Below are positions 10,104-18,388 of a DNA stretch of 64,000 nucleotides, piece after piece. Location: assembly GCF_011050675.1 (NCBI RefSeq), contig NZ_DRFI01000023.1, one strand, 5' to 3'. Positions within the stretch are counted from its first letter, which is position 1, and each line of letters begins with the position of its first letter. The notes beneath the pieces are model-generated. The model saw nothing but the letters and a program-made list of their open reading frames with translations. It was not told the origin of the DNA and searched no databases. A program made the translations under genes and the position numbers. Origin of the DNA: Maribacter sp. GTDB lineage: Bacteria; Bacteroidota; Bacteroidia; Flavobacteriales; Flavobacteriaceae.

Positions 10104-10217
10104 TTAGAATCCAAACTGCAATTCTGGTCGACATACCTTTTTTTGTTTGTCTTTTATGGCTGTCCATAAATTAAATTTCGCAGATGTAATAGGTAATGAA
10201 GTTTTAAATTTTCTCAT
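10104..10217 (-). CDS. Small basic ORF, 37 aa (divergent paralogue, copy 0): MRKFKTSLPITSAKFNLWTAIKDKQKKVCRPELQFGF
   Basis: ATG (rc at 10215-10217) to TAA. Exactly the same length as copies 1 and 2, with MR.F start and net charge about +7. The ORF track merged it into a 68-aa read-through ORF. Confidence 0.3.
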   Translation of the reverse strand: MRKFKTSLPITSAKFNLWTAIKDKQKKVCRPELQFGF

Positions 10218-10279
10218 GATATTCGTTTTAAATCGGTGATTAGCCTTATGATTAATTATCGATGTAGATTGATGAATGC

Positions 10280-10393
10280 TTAATGGGTGTGTTGTCTTGA
10301 TGATGCCCATTGTACTCTTTTACTGTTCTTAAAACTTGAAAAGAATGTGTTTCTTCTTGATTCTGTCGGAGTGTTTCTGATAAAAGTTCTCAT
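10280..10393 (-). CDS. Small basic ORF, 37 aa (copy 1): MRTFIRNTPTESRRNTFFSSFKNSKRVQWASSRQHTH
   Basis: ATG (rc at 10391-10393) to TAA (rc 10280-10282). Differs from copy 2 only at G10289 and T10316, both synonymous. Confidence 0.35.
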   Translation of the reverse strand: MRTFIRNTPTESRRNTFFSSFKNSKRVQWASSRQHTH

Positions 10394-10456
10394 GCTGTTC
10401 TTTATTAAATAGGTGATTAGCCGATTGATTAATGATTGATTTCTAATGATGAATGT

Positions 10457-10570
10457 TTAATGGGTATGTTGTCTTGATGATGCCCATTGTACCCTTTTAC
10501 TGTTCTTAAAACTTGAAAAGAATGTGTTTCTTCTTGATTCTGTCGGAGTGTTTCTGATAAAAGTTCTCAT
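10457..10570 (-). CDS. Small basic ORF, 37 aa (copy 2), peptide identical to copy 1
   Basis: ATG (rc at 10568-10570) to TAA (rc 10457-10459). Has its own upstream spacer similar to the other units (attattcgtttttaaat...tgatgatta). Confidence 0.35.
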   Translation of the reverse strand: MRTFIRNTPTESRRNTFFSSFKNSKRVQWASSRQHTH

Positions 10571-11076
10571 ATTATTCGTTTTTAAATTGATGATTAATAA
10601 ATTTGTTATACTAAGTAGACGACGTTAAACAAACTTTGTTACAGTACTATGCATAAAAAGGTACTATTTTTAACAATAACACAATAAGAAATATCATTAA
10701 ACACCTTATTTTAAGATGTTTATGATTTTATATTTTTTTTATGTTTTAACAAAATTTCTTGTTTTTTAAAAAATCTAAAAGATTAAAGAGAAGGGGAGTT
10801 GAAGAATTAATTCCAAAAAGTATACTATATTAGGTATTGATTTATAAATTAATATTAGGTCTTTTAAAAGTTTGTTAGTTTGAGTACGACTAATGCTAAA
10901 TAATTGAAATACAAATCATATCTTTGCAGAACTTTAGAGGGATGCAGATGATTCTTGCAATGACCTTACAACAAGTGGAAATATAGTTTACTCAAAAAAC
11001 TTACCATTTGTTATACACGTCACCACGTATTTCAATTCCTTTACAGTAAAATCTATTATTATCATTAAAATTACGA

Positions 11077-11535
11077 ATGGCAAAATCGCAACAAACATTT
11101 AATAAAACTGAAAAAGAAAAAAAGCGCTTAAAAAAGCGTGAAGAAAAGAAGAAAAAAATGCTTGCTCGTAAAGCAGCTGCAAAAGAAAGTGGTACATCTG
11201 GTATTCCACTTGCTTATGTAGATTTCAATGGAAACTTAGTGGACACTCCGCCAGATCCGGCAATGAAAGTGGAAATTGAGGCAGAAGATATCGTTTTAGG
11301 TATTCCAAAGAAAGAAGAAGGAGATGTTGAAGAATTCGATCCGGTTAGAAACGGAAAGGTTTCTTTCTTCGACACTACTAAAGGTTTCGGTTTCATTATT
11401 GACACTGAAAACAACGAGAAATATTTTGTTCACGTAAGTGGTCTTATTGATGAGATCATGGAGAACGATAAAGTTTCTTACGAGCTAGAAAAAGGCATGA
11501 AGGGCATGAACGCCGTTCGTGTTAAGAAGATTTAG
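11077..11535 (+). CDS. Cold-shock-domain protein with a ~90-aa K/E-rich N-terminal extension
   Basis: C-terminal CSD with RNP1 KGFGFI and RNP2 FVHVSG (GKVSFFDTTKGFGFI...YFVHVSGL...MNAVRVKKI). N-terminal KEKKRLKKREEKKKKM low-complexity segment. Confidence 0.75.
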   Translation: MAKSQQTFNKTEKEKKRLKKREEKKKKMLARKAAAKESGTSGIPLAYVDFNGNLVDTPPDPAMKVEIEAEDIVLGIPKKEEGDVEEFDPVRNGKVSFFDTTKGFGFIIDTENNEKYFVHVSGLIDEIMENDKVSYELEKGMKGMNAVRVKKI

Positions 11536-11550
11536 TTTTAAAATTTTTTA

Positions 11551-12504
11551 ATGGTGAAAATGCAACGTAACACCGTTCTGGTAGTATTGTCATTTTTCGC
11601 CATTTATTTCATTTGGGGATCAACCTATTTATGGAATAAAATTGCAGTAACCGAATTACCTGCCTTTATGTTGGCAGGTATTCGTTTTGTAACTGCGGGG
11701 TGCCTAATTTTTATTATTTCTAAGGTATTAGGCTTTTCCCTAAAAATCACCAAACAACAATTTAAGAATACTATAATTGCTGGCTTTCTATTTCTAACTT
11801 TTGGAAATGGGGTAGTAGTTTGGGCTTTAAAATATGTTGATAGTAGCTTTGCTGCTCTAGAAGTTTCTGCACAACCATTAGTAGTTCTATTAATGATGCG
11901 CGTACTACAAGGCAAAAAAATTCAGCCTATGTCCATTATAGGTGTAATTCTTGGAATAACCGGAATATTTCTACTCGTTGGTCAAAAAGAAATCATTGCG
12001 CAAGATGGTGCCATATTAGGAATGGTACTAATTTTCGTTTGCATGTTAAGCTGGTCTTATGGTAGTTTATATGTCGGTAAGGCAGATTTACCTAAGAACT
12101 TCTTTGTAAATACAGGTTACCAAATGCTTACCAGCGGATTATCATTGCTAACAATTAGCACCATATTCGGAGAACAATGGACATCACCTACCACTTGGAG
12201 CACCCCTGTAGTTTGGTCTATGTTATTATTAATCGTATTTGGTAGTATTGTAACCTTTACAGCATTTAATTATTTATTACGAATTGTATCGCCAGAAAAA
12301 GTGGCTACTTCAACTTATGTAAATCCCATTATTGCAATGATTCTAGGTTGGTATTTTTTGAATGAAGATATTAGTATGCAATCAGCACTGGCATCTATTG
12401 TGCTTTTAACAGGTGTGTTTTTTATAAACACTAAAAAAAGTCTCACTATTTTCTCTAGATTCTCAGGAAAACGTATTCCTAAGAAAATGGCAGATCAATC
12501 TTAA
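11551..12504 (+). CDS. EamA/DMT-superfamily transporter
   Basis: Ten predicted TM helices in two EamA-like halves. 317 aa. Confidence 0.7.
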   Translation: MVKMQRNTVLVVLSFFAIYFIWGSTYLWNKIAVTELPAFMLAGIRFVTAGCLIFIISKVLGFSLKITKQQFKNTIIAGFLFLTFGNGVVVWALKYVDSSFAALEVSAQPLVVLLMMRVLQGKKIQPMSIIGVILGITGIFLLVGQKEIIAQDGAILGMVLIFVCMLSWSYGSLYVGKADLPKNFFVNTGYQMLTSGLSLLTISTIFGEQWTSPTTWSTPVVWSMLLLIVFGSIVTFTAFNYLLRIVSPEKVATSTYVNPIIAMILGWYFLNEDISMQSALASIVLLTGVFFINTKKSLTIFSRFSGKRIPKKMADQS

Positions 12505-13063
12505 CAGGTAGTACATCTTTAGGATTCATATTTTGCAACTCAATTTTACCTATGCGAACGCGAACCAAACGAACCGTTGGAAATCCTACGGCTGCAGTCA
12601 TTTTACGTACTTGTCTAAATTTACCTTCCATAATTATAATACTAAGCCACGAAGTTGGTCTATGTCTACCAATACGCAATGCAGTATTAGCATCGGGAAG
12701 GGCAGGAGCCTCATTCAAAAGGGTTACAACACAAGGTTTGGTATTATAGTTTTTACCAAAGACTCCTATAGCTACTCCTTCTGAAATTTCTTTAATTGCT
12801 TCTATTGTAATTAAACCATCTACCTGTGCTAAATATTCTTTTTCTATTCCCGACCGGTTTATAGTATCACTCAATTTGCCATCTGTAGTCATCAATAGCA
12901 ACCCTTCAGATTTCTCATCTAATCGACCAACAGGCATTATTCCATCAGGAAAGTCAAAAAGTTCACTCAGAAAACGTTTTTTACGAAGTTGACGGTCTTC
13001 TCCAGAAGTCATCTGGCTTAACATTCCATAAGGTTTATACACTTGAAAATGGAAATGCTCCAT
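12479..13063 (-). CDS. Pseudouridine synthase (RsuA/RluB/E/F family)
   Basis: YKPYGMLSQ...GRLDEKSEGLLLMTTDG catalytic Asp motif. I prefer the internal ATG at 13063 (MEHFHF...); the longer ORF back to 13189 would overlap the divergent helicase gene. Confidence 0.7.
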   Translation of the reverse strand: MEHFHFQVYKPYGMLSQMTSGEDRQLRKKRFLSELFDFPDGIMPVGRLDEKSEGLLLMTTDGKLSDTINRSGIEKEYLAQVDGLITIEAIKEISEGVAIGVFGKNYNTKPCVVTLLNEAPALPDANTALRIGRHRPTSWLSIIIMEGKFRQVRKMTAAVGFPTVRLVRVRIGKIELQNMNPKDVLPVKIDLPFS

Positions 13064-13183
13064 AGAATTTATCCTATACTGTTTATTTCGGTTACATATG
13101 GTCGCAAAAGATACCCTTTTTAACCCATGAATTAGTAATGTAATGGTGATAATGTTACCTTTGTAAACTCCAGAGAAGATTTT

Positions 13184-14737
13184 ATGCAAGAGACAGTTTT
13201 TGAATTACAGGATAGAAAGACCGATAAGGAACTTTACAGCTATCAACAAGGTGCAATTCAACAAATTTTTGACAAGTTCGATTCAGAACGAGATGATTAT
13301 CACCTTCTATACCAATTACCAACCGGTGGTGGTAAAACAGTGATTTTTTCCGAAATGGTACGTCAGTATTTAAAAAACCACAATAAGAAGGTTTTGGTAA
13401 TGACACACCGTATCGAACTTTGTAACCAAACATCTACCATGCTTACTAGTTTTGGTGTTGTAAACAAAGTAGTAAATAGTAAAGCAAACCTCGATGATCA
13501 TGAACGTTACAGCTGTTATGTAGCCATGGTTGAAACCTTAAACAATAGGTTGAACGATGACCAATTAGATATTTCTGATGTAGGTCTTGTAATAATTGAT
13601 GAAGCTCACTATAATTCTTTTACTAAACTATTTAAGTTTTTTGAAAATTCTTTTGTTCTTGGTGTAACGGCAACCCCTTTAAGCTCTAACAAAGATTTGC
13701 CAATGAACAAAAACTATGATGAGCTTATACCAGGTGAAACCATAGAAAATTTAATTGCCAACGATTTCTTGGCAAGAGCAGAGGTATTTCAATATGACAT
13801 GGGACTTACATCCCTAGAAATTGGTTCTAACGGAGATTATACCGTTAAATCTTCAGCTGATTTATATACGAGTCCGGCAATGTTAAGCAAGCTTTTAGAA
13901 GCTTACATGAAGCATTCTAAAAACAAAAAGACATTAATTTTCAATAATGGTATAGAAACATCTATTCAAGTATACCATACTTTTCATGCTGCAGGTTTAA
14001 ACATTAGGCATCTTGATAATACCGCTACCAAAAAACAACGTAAACAAATATTAAAATGGTTTAAAGATACACCTGATGCCATTTTAACATCCGTAAGTAT
14101 ATTAACTACTGGTTTTGATGAACCTACTATTGATACTATTATTTTAAACAGAGCTACAAAATCGCTTACACTTTACTACCAAATGATAGGTAGGGGTTCT
14201 AGGGTTTTGAATAACAAATCGAAATTTACGGTTATAGATTTAGGTAACAACCTTTATCGTTTTGGACCATGGGGTGCAGATTTAGATTGGGGAGCCATTT
14301 TCAAGTCTCCAAACTTCTACATGGATCGTATTAAAGATGATGAAGATATTGAGAGTGATTTTAAACTTGAGCTTTCTGATGAAGTTAAAGAAGAATTTAA
14401 AAACTCTAAGGAAACTTATTTTGATATTAAAGAAACCTACGAAACAGCTACGTTTGCAGGCGAATCTTCTAAAGTAGTTTTAGAACGTTCTATTGCTCAT
14501 CATGCATACATGTGTATCGAAAATAGCGAAGATGTTTATGATGCATTGGCATTGGCAAAACTGCTAAAAGAAGATATAGATAATCGTATTCATATATATG
14601 GTAAATGTATTAGTAAGAGTACTTATAATTTTTTAAGCTGGTTAAAAGATGATTATCAAAAGAAATTAAACGCATATTTACGTGAAAATTTCGATACTGT
14701 TTTTGAAGATATCCACGGTCATCCGCCGGAAGATTAA
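13184..14737 (+). CDS. SF2 DEAH-box helicase (SSL2 / type III res-subunit-like)
   Basis: Walker A PTGGGKT, DEAH box IIDEAHYNS, motif III TATP, motif VI QMIGRGSR. About 150-aa C-terminal extension. Confidence 0.75.
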   Translation: MQETVFELQDRKTDKELYSYQQGAIQQIFDKFDSERDDYHLLYQLPTGGGKTVIFSEMVRQYLKNHNKKVLVMTHRIELCNQTSTMLTSFGVVNKVVNSKANLDDHERYSCYVAMVETLNNRLNDDQLDISDVGLVIIDEAHYNSFTKLFKFFENSFVLGVTATPLSSNKDLPMNKNYDELIPGETIENLIANDFLARAEVFQYDMGLTSLEIGSNGDYTVKSSADLYTSPAMLSKLLEAYMKHSKNKKTLIFNNGIETSIQVYHTFHAAGLNIRHLDNTATKKQRKQILKWFKDTPDAILTSVSILTTGFDEPTIDTIILNRATKSLTLYYQMIGRGSRVLNNKSKFTVIDLGNNLYRFGPWGADLDWGAIFKSPNFYMDRIKDDEDIESDFKLELSDEVKEEFKNSKETYFDIKETYETATFAGESSKVVLERSIAHHAYMCIENSEDVYDALALAKLLKEDIDNRIHIYGKCISKSTYNFLSWLKDDYQKKLNAYLRENFDTVFEDIHGHPPED

Positions 14738-14769
14738 GTAACGATTTTATTTAGTAATATAAAACATAA

Positions 14770-14803
14770 AAAAGGGCTGTTCATAAACGAACAGCCCTTT
14801 TTA
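14770..14803. terminator. Bidirectional intrinsic terminator
   Basis: Stem gggctgttc (14774-14782), loop ataaac, stem gaacagccc (14789-14797), between A6 and T5. Lies between convergent genes. Confidence 0.75.
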
Positions 14804-14821
14804 TTTAAAAACACTTATTAC

Positions 14822-15208
14822 TTATTCTACAATAAGACTATACTGTGGAGTTGGGTTCAATGGACAGAAGTATACATATTCTCCCTTTGCTAATTTAGTT
14901 TCTTTAGAGTGACCAACAGTGTTGTTTTTTACAGCTGCAGTTACATATGCAGTCTGGATATGGTTTTCTGGCTTAGATACATCTTCACCTTTTTTAACCA
15001 AAACTAAACCAACATCTTTACCTACATTATTATTTGCAACATCAAAAACATATGTGCCTTCGCTAACAGTAATTGACTTTTGCGTAAACTCACCTGTAGT
15101 TTGCTCTAAAGCAATTTTCTTAACTGGTTGTTTCATCATTTTATCTTGAGCGTTTGCGCTAAATGAGAATGCTAATACGATAACTAAAATTGATAATACC
15201 TTTTTCAT
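14822..15208 (-). CDS. Small secreted protein of unknown function
   Basis: Signal peptide ending ANAQ. 128 aa. Single Cys in a ...YFCPLNPTPQY... context. No family assignment. Confidence 0.5.
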   Translation of the reverse strand: MKKVLSILVIVLAFSFSANAQDKMMKQPVKKIALEQTTGEFTQKSITVSEGTYVFDVANNNVGKDVGLVLVKKGEDVSKPENHIQTAYVTAAVKNNTVGHSKETKLAKGEYVYFCPLNPTPQYSLIVE

Positions 15209-15273
15209 TTGTTTAAATTTAATAGGCTTTAAAGCCCTAATGGATAGATTAATAATTATTATTTGTAATTTTT

Positions 15274-15807
15274 TTATAATGATGGCGCTAATGGAAAATC
15301 GACAGGTACTTGAGTTGTACTGTGTATGTAATTAGAAATAGTTTTGTCACCTACTAAAGAAAGAGTATCAATTAAATTGGCTTTAGAGTAACCAACTGAA
15401 AAATAGTTCTCTAAAACTTTTTCATCTGTTTTCCCTCTATTCTCAGTAACATTTTTCGCTAATTTTGCCAAGGCATCCAATTTTGAATCAAATGATGCAT
15501 TTCCCGCTCTTAATTCTAAAATTTGCTCGTCTGTAAATCCGTTCATTTTACCTATAGCTGTATGTGCAGACAAACAGTATATACAATCGTTTACTTGACT
15601 AACCGCTAAATTAACTACCTCTTTTTCTTTAGCAGATAACGAAGTCTTTGCGTTTGCAAAATTTAAATAGTTTTCTAAAGCTGTATCGCTGTTTGCATAG
15701 GTAGCATATAAATTAGGAACAAAACCTAATGCTTTTTTCAGGTTGTCGAAAATTGCCTGATTGTTTTCACTTACTTCGTCTCTGGTTAATACTTTAAATG
15801 TGCTCAT
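15274..15807 (-). CDS. Carboxymuconolactone decarboxylase / AhpD-like family protein
   Basis: CIYCLSAH CxxC...H motif typical of the AhpD core fold. Confidence 0.65.
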   Translation of the reverse strand: MSTFKVLTRDEVSENNQAIFDNLKKALGFVPNLYATYANSDTALENYLNFANAKTSLSAKEKEVVNLAVSQVNDCIYCLSAHTAIGKMNGFTDEQILELRAGNASFDSKLDALAKLAKNVTENRGKTDEKVLENYFSVGYSKANLIDTLSLVGDKTISNYIHSTTQVPVDFPLAPSL

Positions 15808-16190
15808 ATTTTTAAATTTTATTATTTCGAAAAATTTATGTGTTGTAATTTCTTCTACAAAGGTATAATTGGAAGTATGTTCAAATCATGTGAAGACTTC
15901 CTTTTAACTTGTCAATTATTCCCTTACAGAAAAGAACCGAAGGCTCTAGTAAATCTTGAAGAGGTATCAGAATCACAGTAGTAATCTGATAAGTGATTAT
16001 GTTGACAATGTTTTTCTACATTGATTGTATTGGCAACTATCACCTTTTTAGAAGTGAATATCTCTATTAAATTGAAAATTGATTTGTGTTTTAAGTTCAT
16101 GTCTTTACTGTTTTAATTCTACAGTACAAAGATCTAGTTATTATGAGCCTTAAAACGGGCGATATCACCCAAGTTATTGTCAATACTTCC

Positions 16191-17033
16191 CTAATACCCT
16201 TTTTTGAGTTGCTTTTTAAATTCAGATGGGGAATACTGTGTTTGCTTCTTAAATAAACGACTTAGATGAGATGCGTCTTCAAAGCCAATTTCATATGCAA
16301 TTTCTTTCGCAGTCTTATCTGTATAAATAAGTAATCGTTTTGCTTCCAAAACAATACGCTCATGAATTATTTGTAAAGGTGTGGTATTGAATTTTGAAAA
16401 TGTATTAGAAAGGGTTTTAGGAGATTTAAATAATTTATCCGCATAAAACGATACCGAGTGTTCTGCCTTATAATGCGCTTCTACTAATAAATTAAAACCT
16501 CTTAATAGGTCAACCTTTACATCATTACTTGCATTGCTAAAGCCTTCTTTAGCTTTAAGTAGTCTTGTACTCATTATCATAAAACGCGCCATTAGCATAC
16601 GTAGCATTTCTGCTTGTATAGTATCTTCTGTATCTAATTCGTCAACGAACACCTCGTGTAACGTATCAAATTTACGTTGTTCTTTTTCTCCTAAATCTAT
16701 TAATGGGACATGGGCATTTCCGAAAAATAATAGTCCCGCACAACTTACTTCTTGGTCATGGTCTTTTATGCAATAAAACTCTCTATTAAATTGATAAACA
16801 ATTAAATTTTTACCCTCAGTAAAGTGTATAAATTGAATAGGAGTCAATGCAAGTAGACTTTGTTCAGAAATGTTGTAGGGAATACCGTCAACTTCAATAG
16901 AAGCCTTCTGATCTGTGGTTCTAATAAATATATAAAGACCTGCTTGTTTTGGTTTTCTATAAGTTTCTAATAATAATTCATTACCTATTCTAAGCAAACC
17001 ATCAGTACTAAAATCTTTGAAAACTTCTTGCAT
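16191..17033 (-). CDS. AraC-family transcriptional regulator
   Basis: C-terminal dual HTH (KEIAYEIGFEDASHLSRLFKKQTQYSPSEF). Confidence 0.8.
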   Translation of the reverse strand: MQEVFKDFSTDGLLRIGNELLLETYRKPKQAGLYIFIRTTDQKASIEVDGIPYNISEQSLLALTPIQFIHFTEGKNLIVYQFNREFYCIKDHDQEVSCAGLLFFGNAHVPLIDLGEKEQRKFDTLHEVFVDELDTEDTIQAEMLRMLMARFMIMSTRLLKAKEGFSNASNDVKVDLLRGFNLLVEAHYKAEHSVSFYADKLFKSPKTLSNTFSKFNTTPLQIIHERIVLEAKRLLIYTDKTAKEIAYEIGFEDASHLSRLFKKQTQYSPSEFKKQLKKGY

Positions 17034-17141
17034 GATTGCTTGGTCTCATATTAAAGTAAATCATTACAATGGTTGATTTAAAAGACGGAAATTTGAATTG
17101 AAATTCAAAAAAGAACAAAGTCAATTGATTATTTTTAAACA

Positions 17142-18380
17142 ATGAAAAAGAAATCTACCGAAATTGCTATTATCGGTGCTGGTGTTAGTGGGTTAATTGC
17201 GGCTATTGTTTTAGAACAAAATGGTTATTCACCTACCATCTATGAACAATCTAAAAGTGTAGGTGGTCGCGTTAAAACCGATAGTATTGATGATTATCAA
17301 TTGGACCATGGTTTTCAGGTTTTATTAGACGCCTACCCAATGGCAAAGAAATATTTGAATTACGAAGCTTTAGACTTGCAAAAATTTCTTCCAGGAGCTT
17401 ACATATTCAAAAATAACAAAAGCGCTATAATTGGTGACCCGCTTAGAAGCTTAGGTTTATTATTCCCTACATTACTATCAAACATGGGGAGCTTTTCAGA
17501 TAAAATTAAGATTCTAAGGTTAAACCTCTCTATCAAGCAAAAGACCAATGAAGATATTTTCAATGAACCGGAAACATCTACGCTAGATTTTTTAAAGGCA
17601 CAAGGCTTTTCAGAACAAATTATAAGTAATTTCTTTAAACCATTTTTCTCAGGAATTTTCTTAGAACCAAATTTAGAGACCTCTTCCCGTATGTTTCAAT
17701 TTGTATATAAAATGTTCGGGACTGGTAGCGCTGTTTTACCCACTGCAGGTATTGGGGCTATCACAAAACACTTAGCCTCTAGACTTAATAAAACTAGGAT
17801 TGAATTTAATTGCACGGTTGCAAGTTGTACAGATGGTTCAATAGAATTCTCCGATGGCAAAAAAATACAAACAGATTATACTATAATAGCTACAGATGCA
17901 TCACCATTAGTTCCTAATTTAAGGAAACAAAAACTCTCTTGGCATTCTTCCGATACTTTGTATTTCACGTGTAAAACTCGTAAAATCAAAAAACCTTTAA
18001 TCGGTTTAATAGCTGATTCCGAATCTTTGATTAATAATATATTTTATCACACGGCAATAAATACATTGAATAAAGGTGATGAGGAATTATTATCAGTAAC
18101 TGTTGTAAAACAACACTCACTAAGCGAATATGAACTTATTCAACGTGTTAAAGAAGATTTAAACACTTACTGTGGCATCACTACCGAGCGTTATTTAAAA
18201 CATTACGAAATTAAAAGAGCTTTGCCCAAATTGAACGATTTGCGATATAGTTTGATACCAAGCGAAACACGGTTGACCGAACGTACATTTTTGGCTGGAG
18301 ATTACTTACTTAATGGATCACTTAACGCAGCCATGACTTCAGGTGAAATGGCTGCATATGGTCTTTTAGAAGTGATATGA
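17142..18380 (+). CDS. NAD(P)/FAD-dependent oxidoreductase (amine oxidase / protoporphyrinogen oxidase-like)
   Basis: N-terminal dinucleotide-binding IAIIGAGVSGLIAA...YEQSKSVGGR. Confidence 0.7.
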   Translation: MKKKSTEIAIIGAGVSGLIAAIVLEQNGYSPTIYEQSKSVGGRVKTDSIDDYQLDHGFQVLLDAYPMAKKYLNYEALDLQKFLPGAYIFKNNKSAIIGDPLRSLGLLFPTLLSNMGSFSDKIKILRLNLSIKQKTNEDIFNEPETSTLDFLKAQGFSEQIISNFFKPFFSGIFLEPNLETSSRMFQFVYKMFGTGSAVLPTAGIGAITKHLASRLNKTRIEFNCTVASCTDGSIEFSDGKKIQTDYTIIATDASPLVPNLRKQKLSWHSSDTLYFTCKTRKIKKPLIGLIADSESLINNIFYHTAINTLNKGDEELLSVTVVKQHSLSEYELIQRVKEDLNTYCGITTERYLKHYEIKRALPKLNDLRYSLIPSETRLTERTFLAGDYLLNGSLNAAMTSGEMAAYGLLEVI

Positions 18381-18388
18381 GTAAAGGT

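Larger units (their letters stand above)
10205..10633. repeat. Tandem direct repeat, period 176-177 bp, about 2.4 units
   Basis: Copy 1 (10280-10393) and copy 2 (10457-10570) are 112/114 identical; the spacers are more diverged. A third, more divergent unit lies at 10104-10279. The core ttctcat recurs at 10211, 10387 and 10564. Confidence 0.9.

Noticed and set aside
10104-10310. 68-aa minus-strand ORF as given in the track
   Set aside because: It is an artefact of reading from an in-repeat ATG (10308-10310, inside copy 1 in another frame) through into copy 0. The repeat structure shows the natural units are 37-codon ORFs, each starting at the conserved ATG of its repeat unit.
10205-10633. 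Possibility that the tandem repeat is a CRISPR array
   Set aside because: The period is ~177 bp with no short unique spacers between short repeats. The units are long and near-identical, and there are no cas genes.
12479-13189. Full-length 236-aa call for the pseudouridine synthase
   Set aside because: The first 42 codons lack family motifs and would overlap the divergent helicase start. The conserved YKPYGMLSQ N-terminus begins at the ATG at 13063.
14822-15208. Cupredoxin/blue-copper assignment for the small secreted protein
   Set aside because: Only a single Cys in a loose H...C...P...Q context is present. The canonical H-C-H-M ligand set cannot be placed, so it is left as hypothetical.
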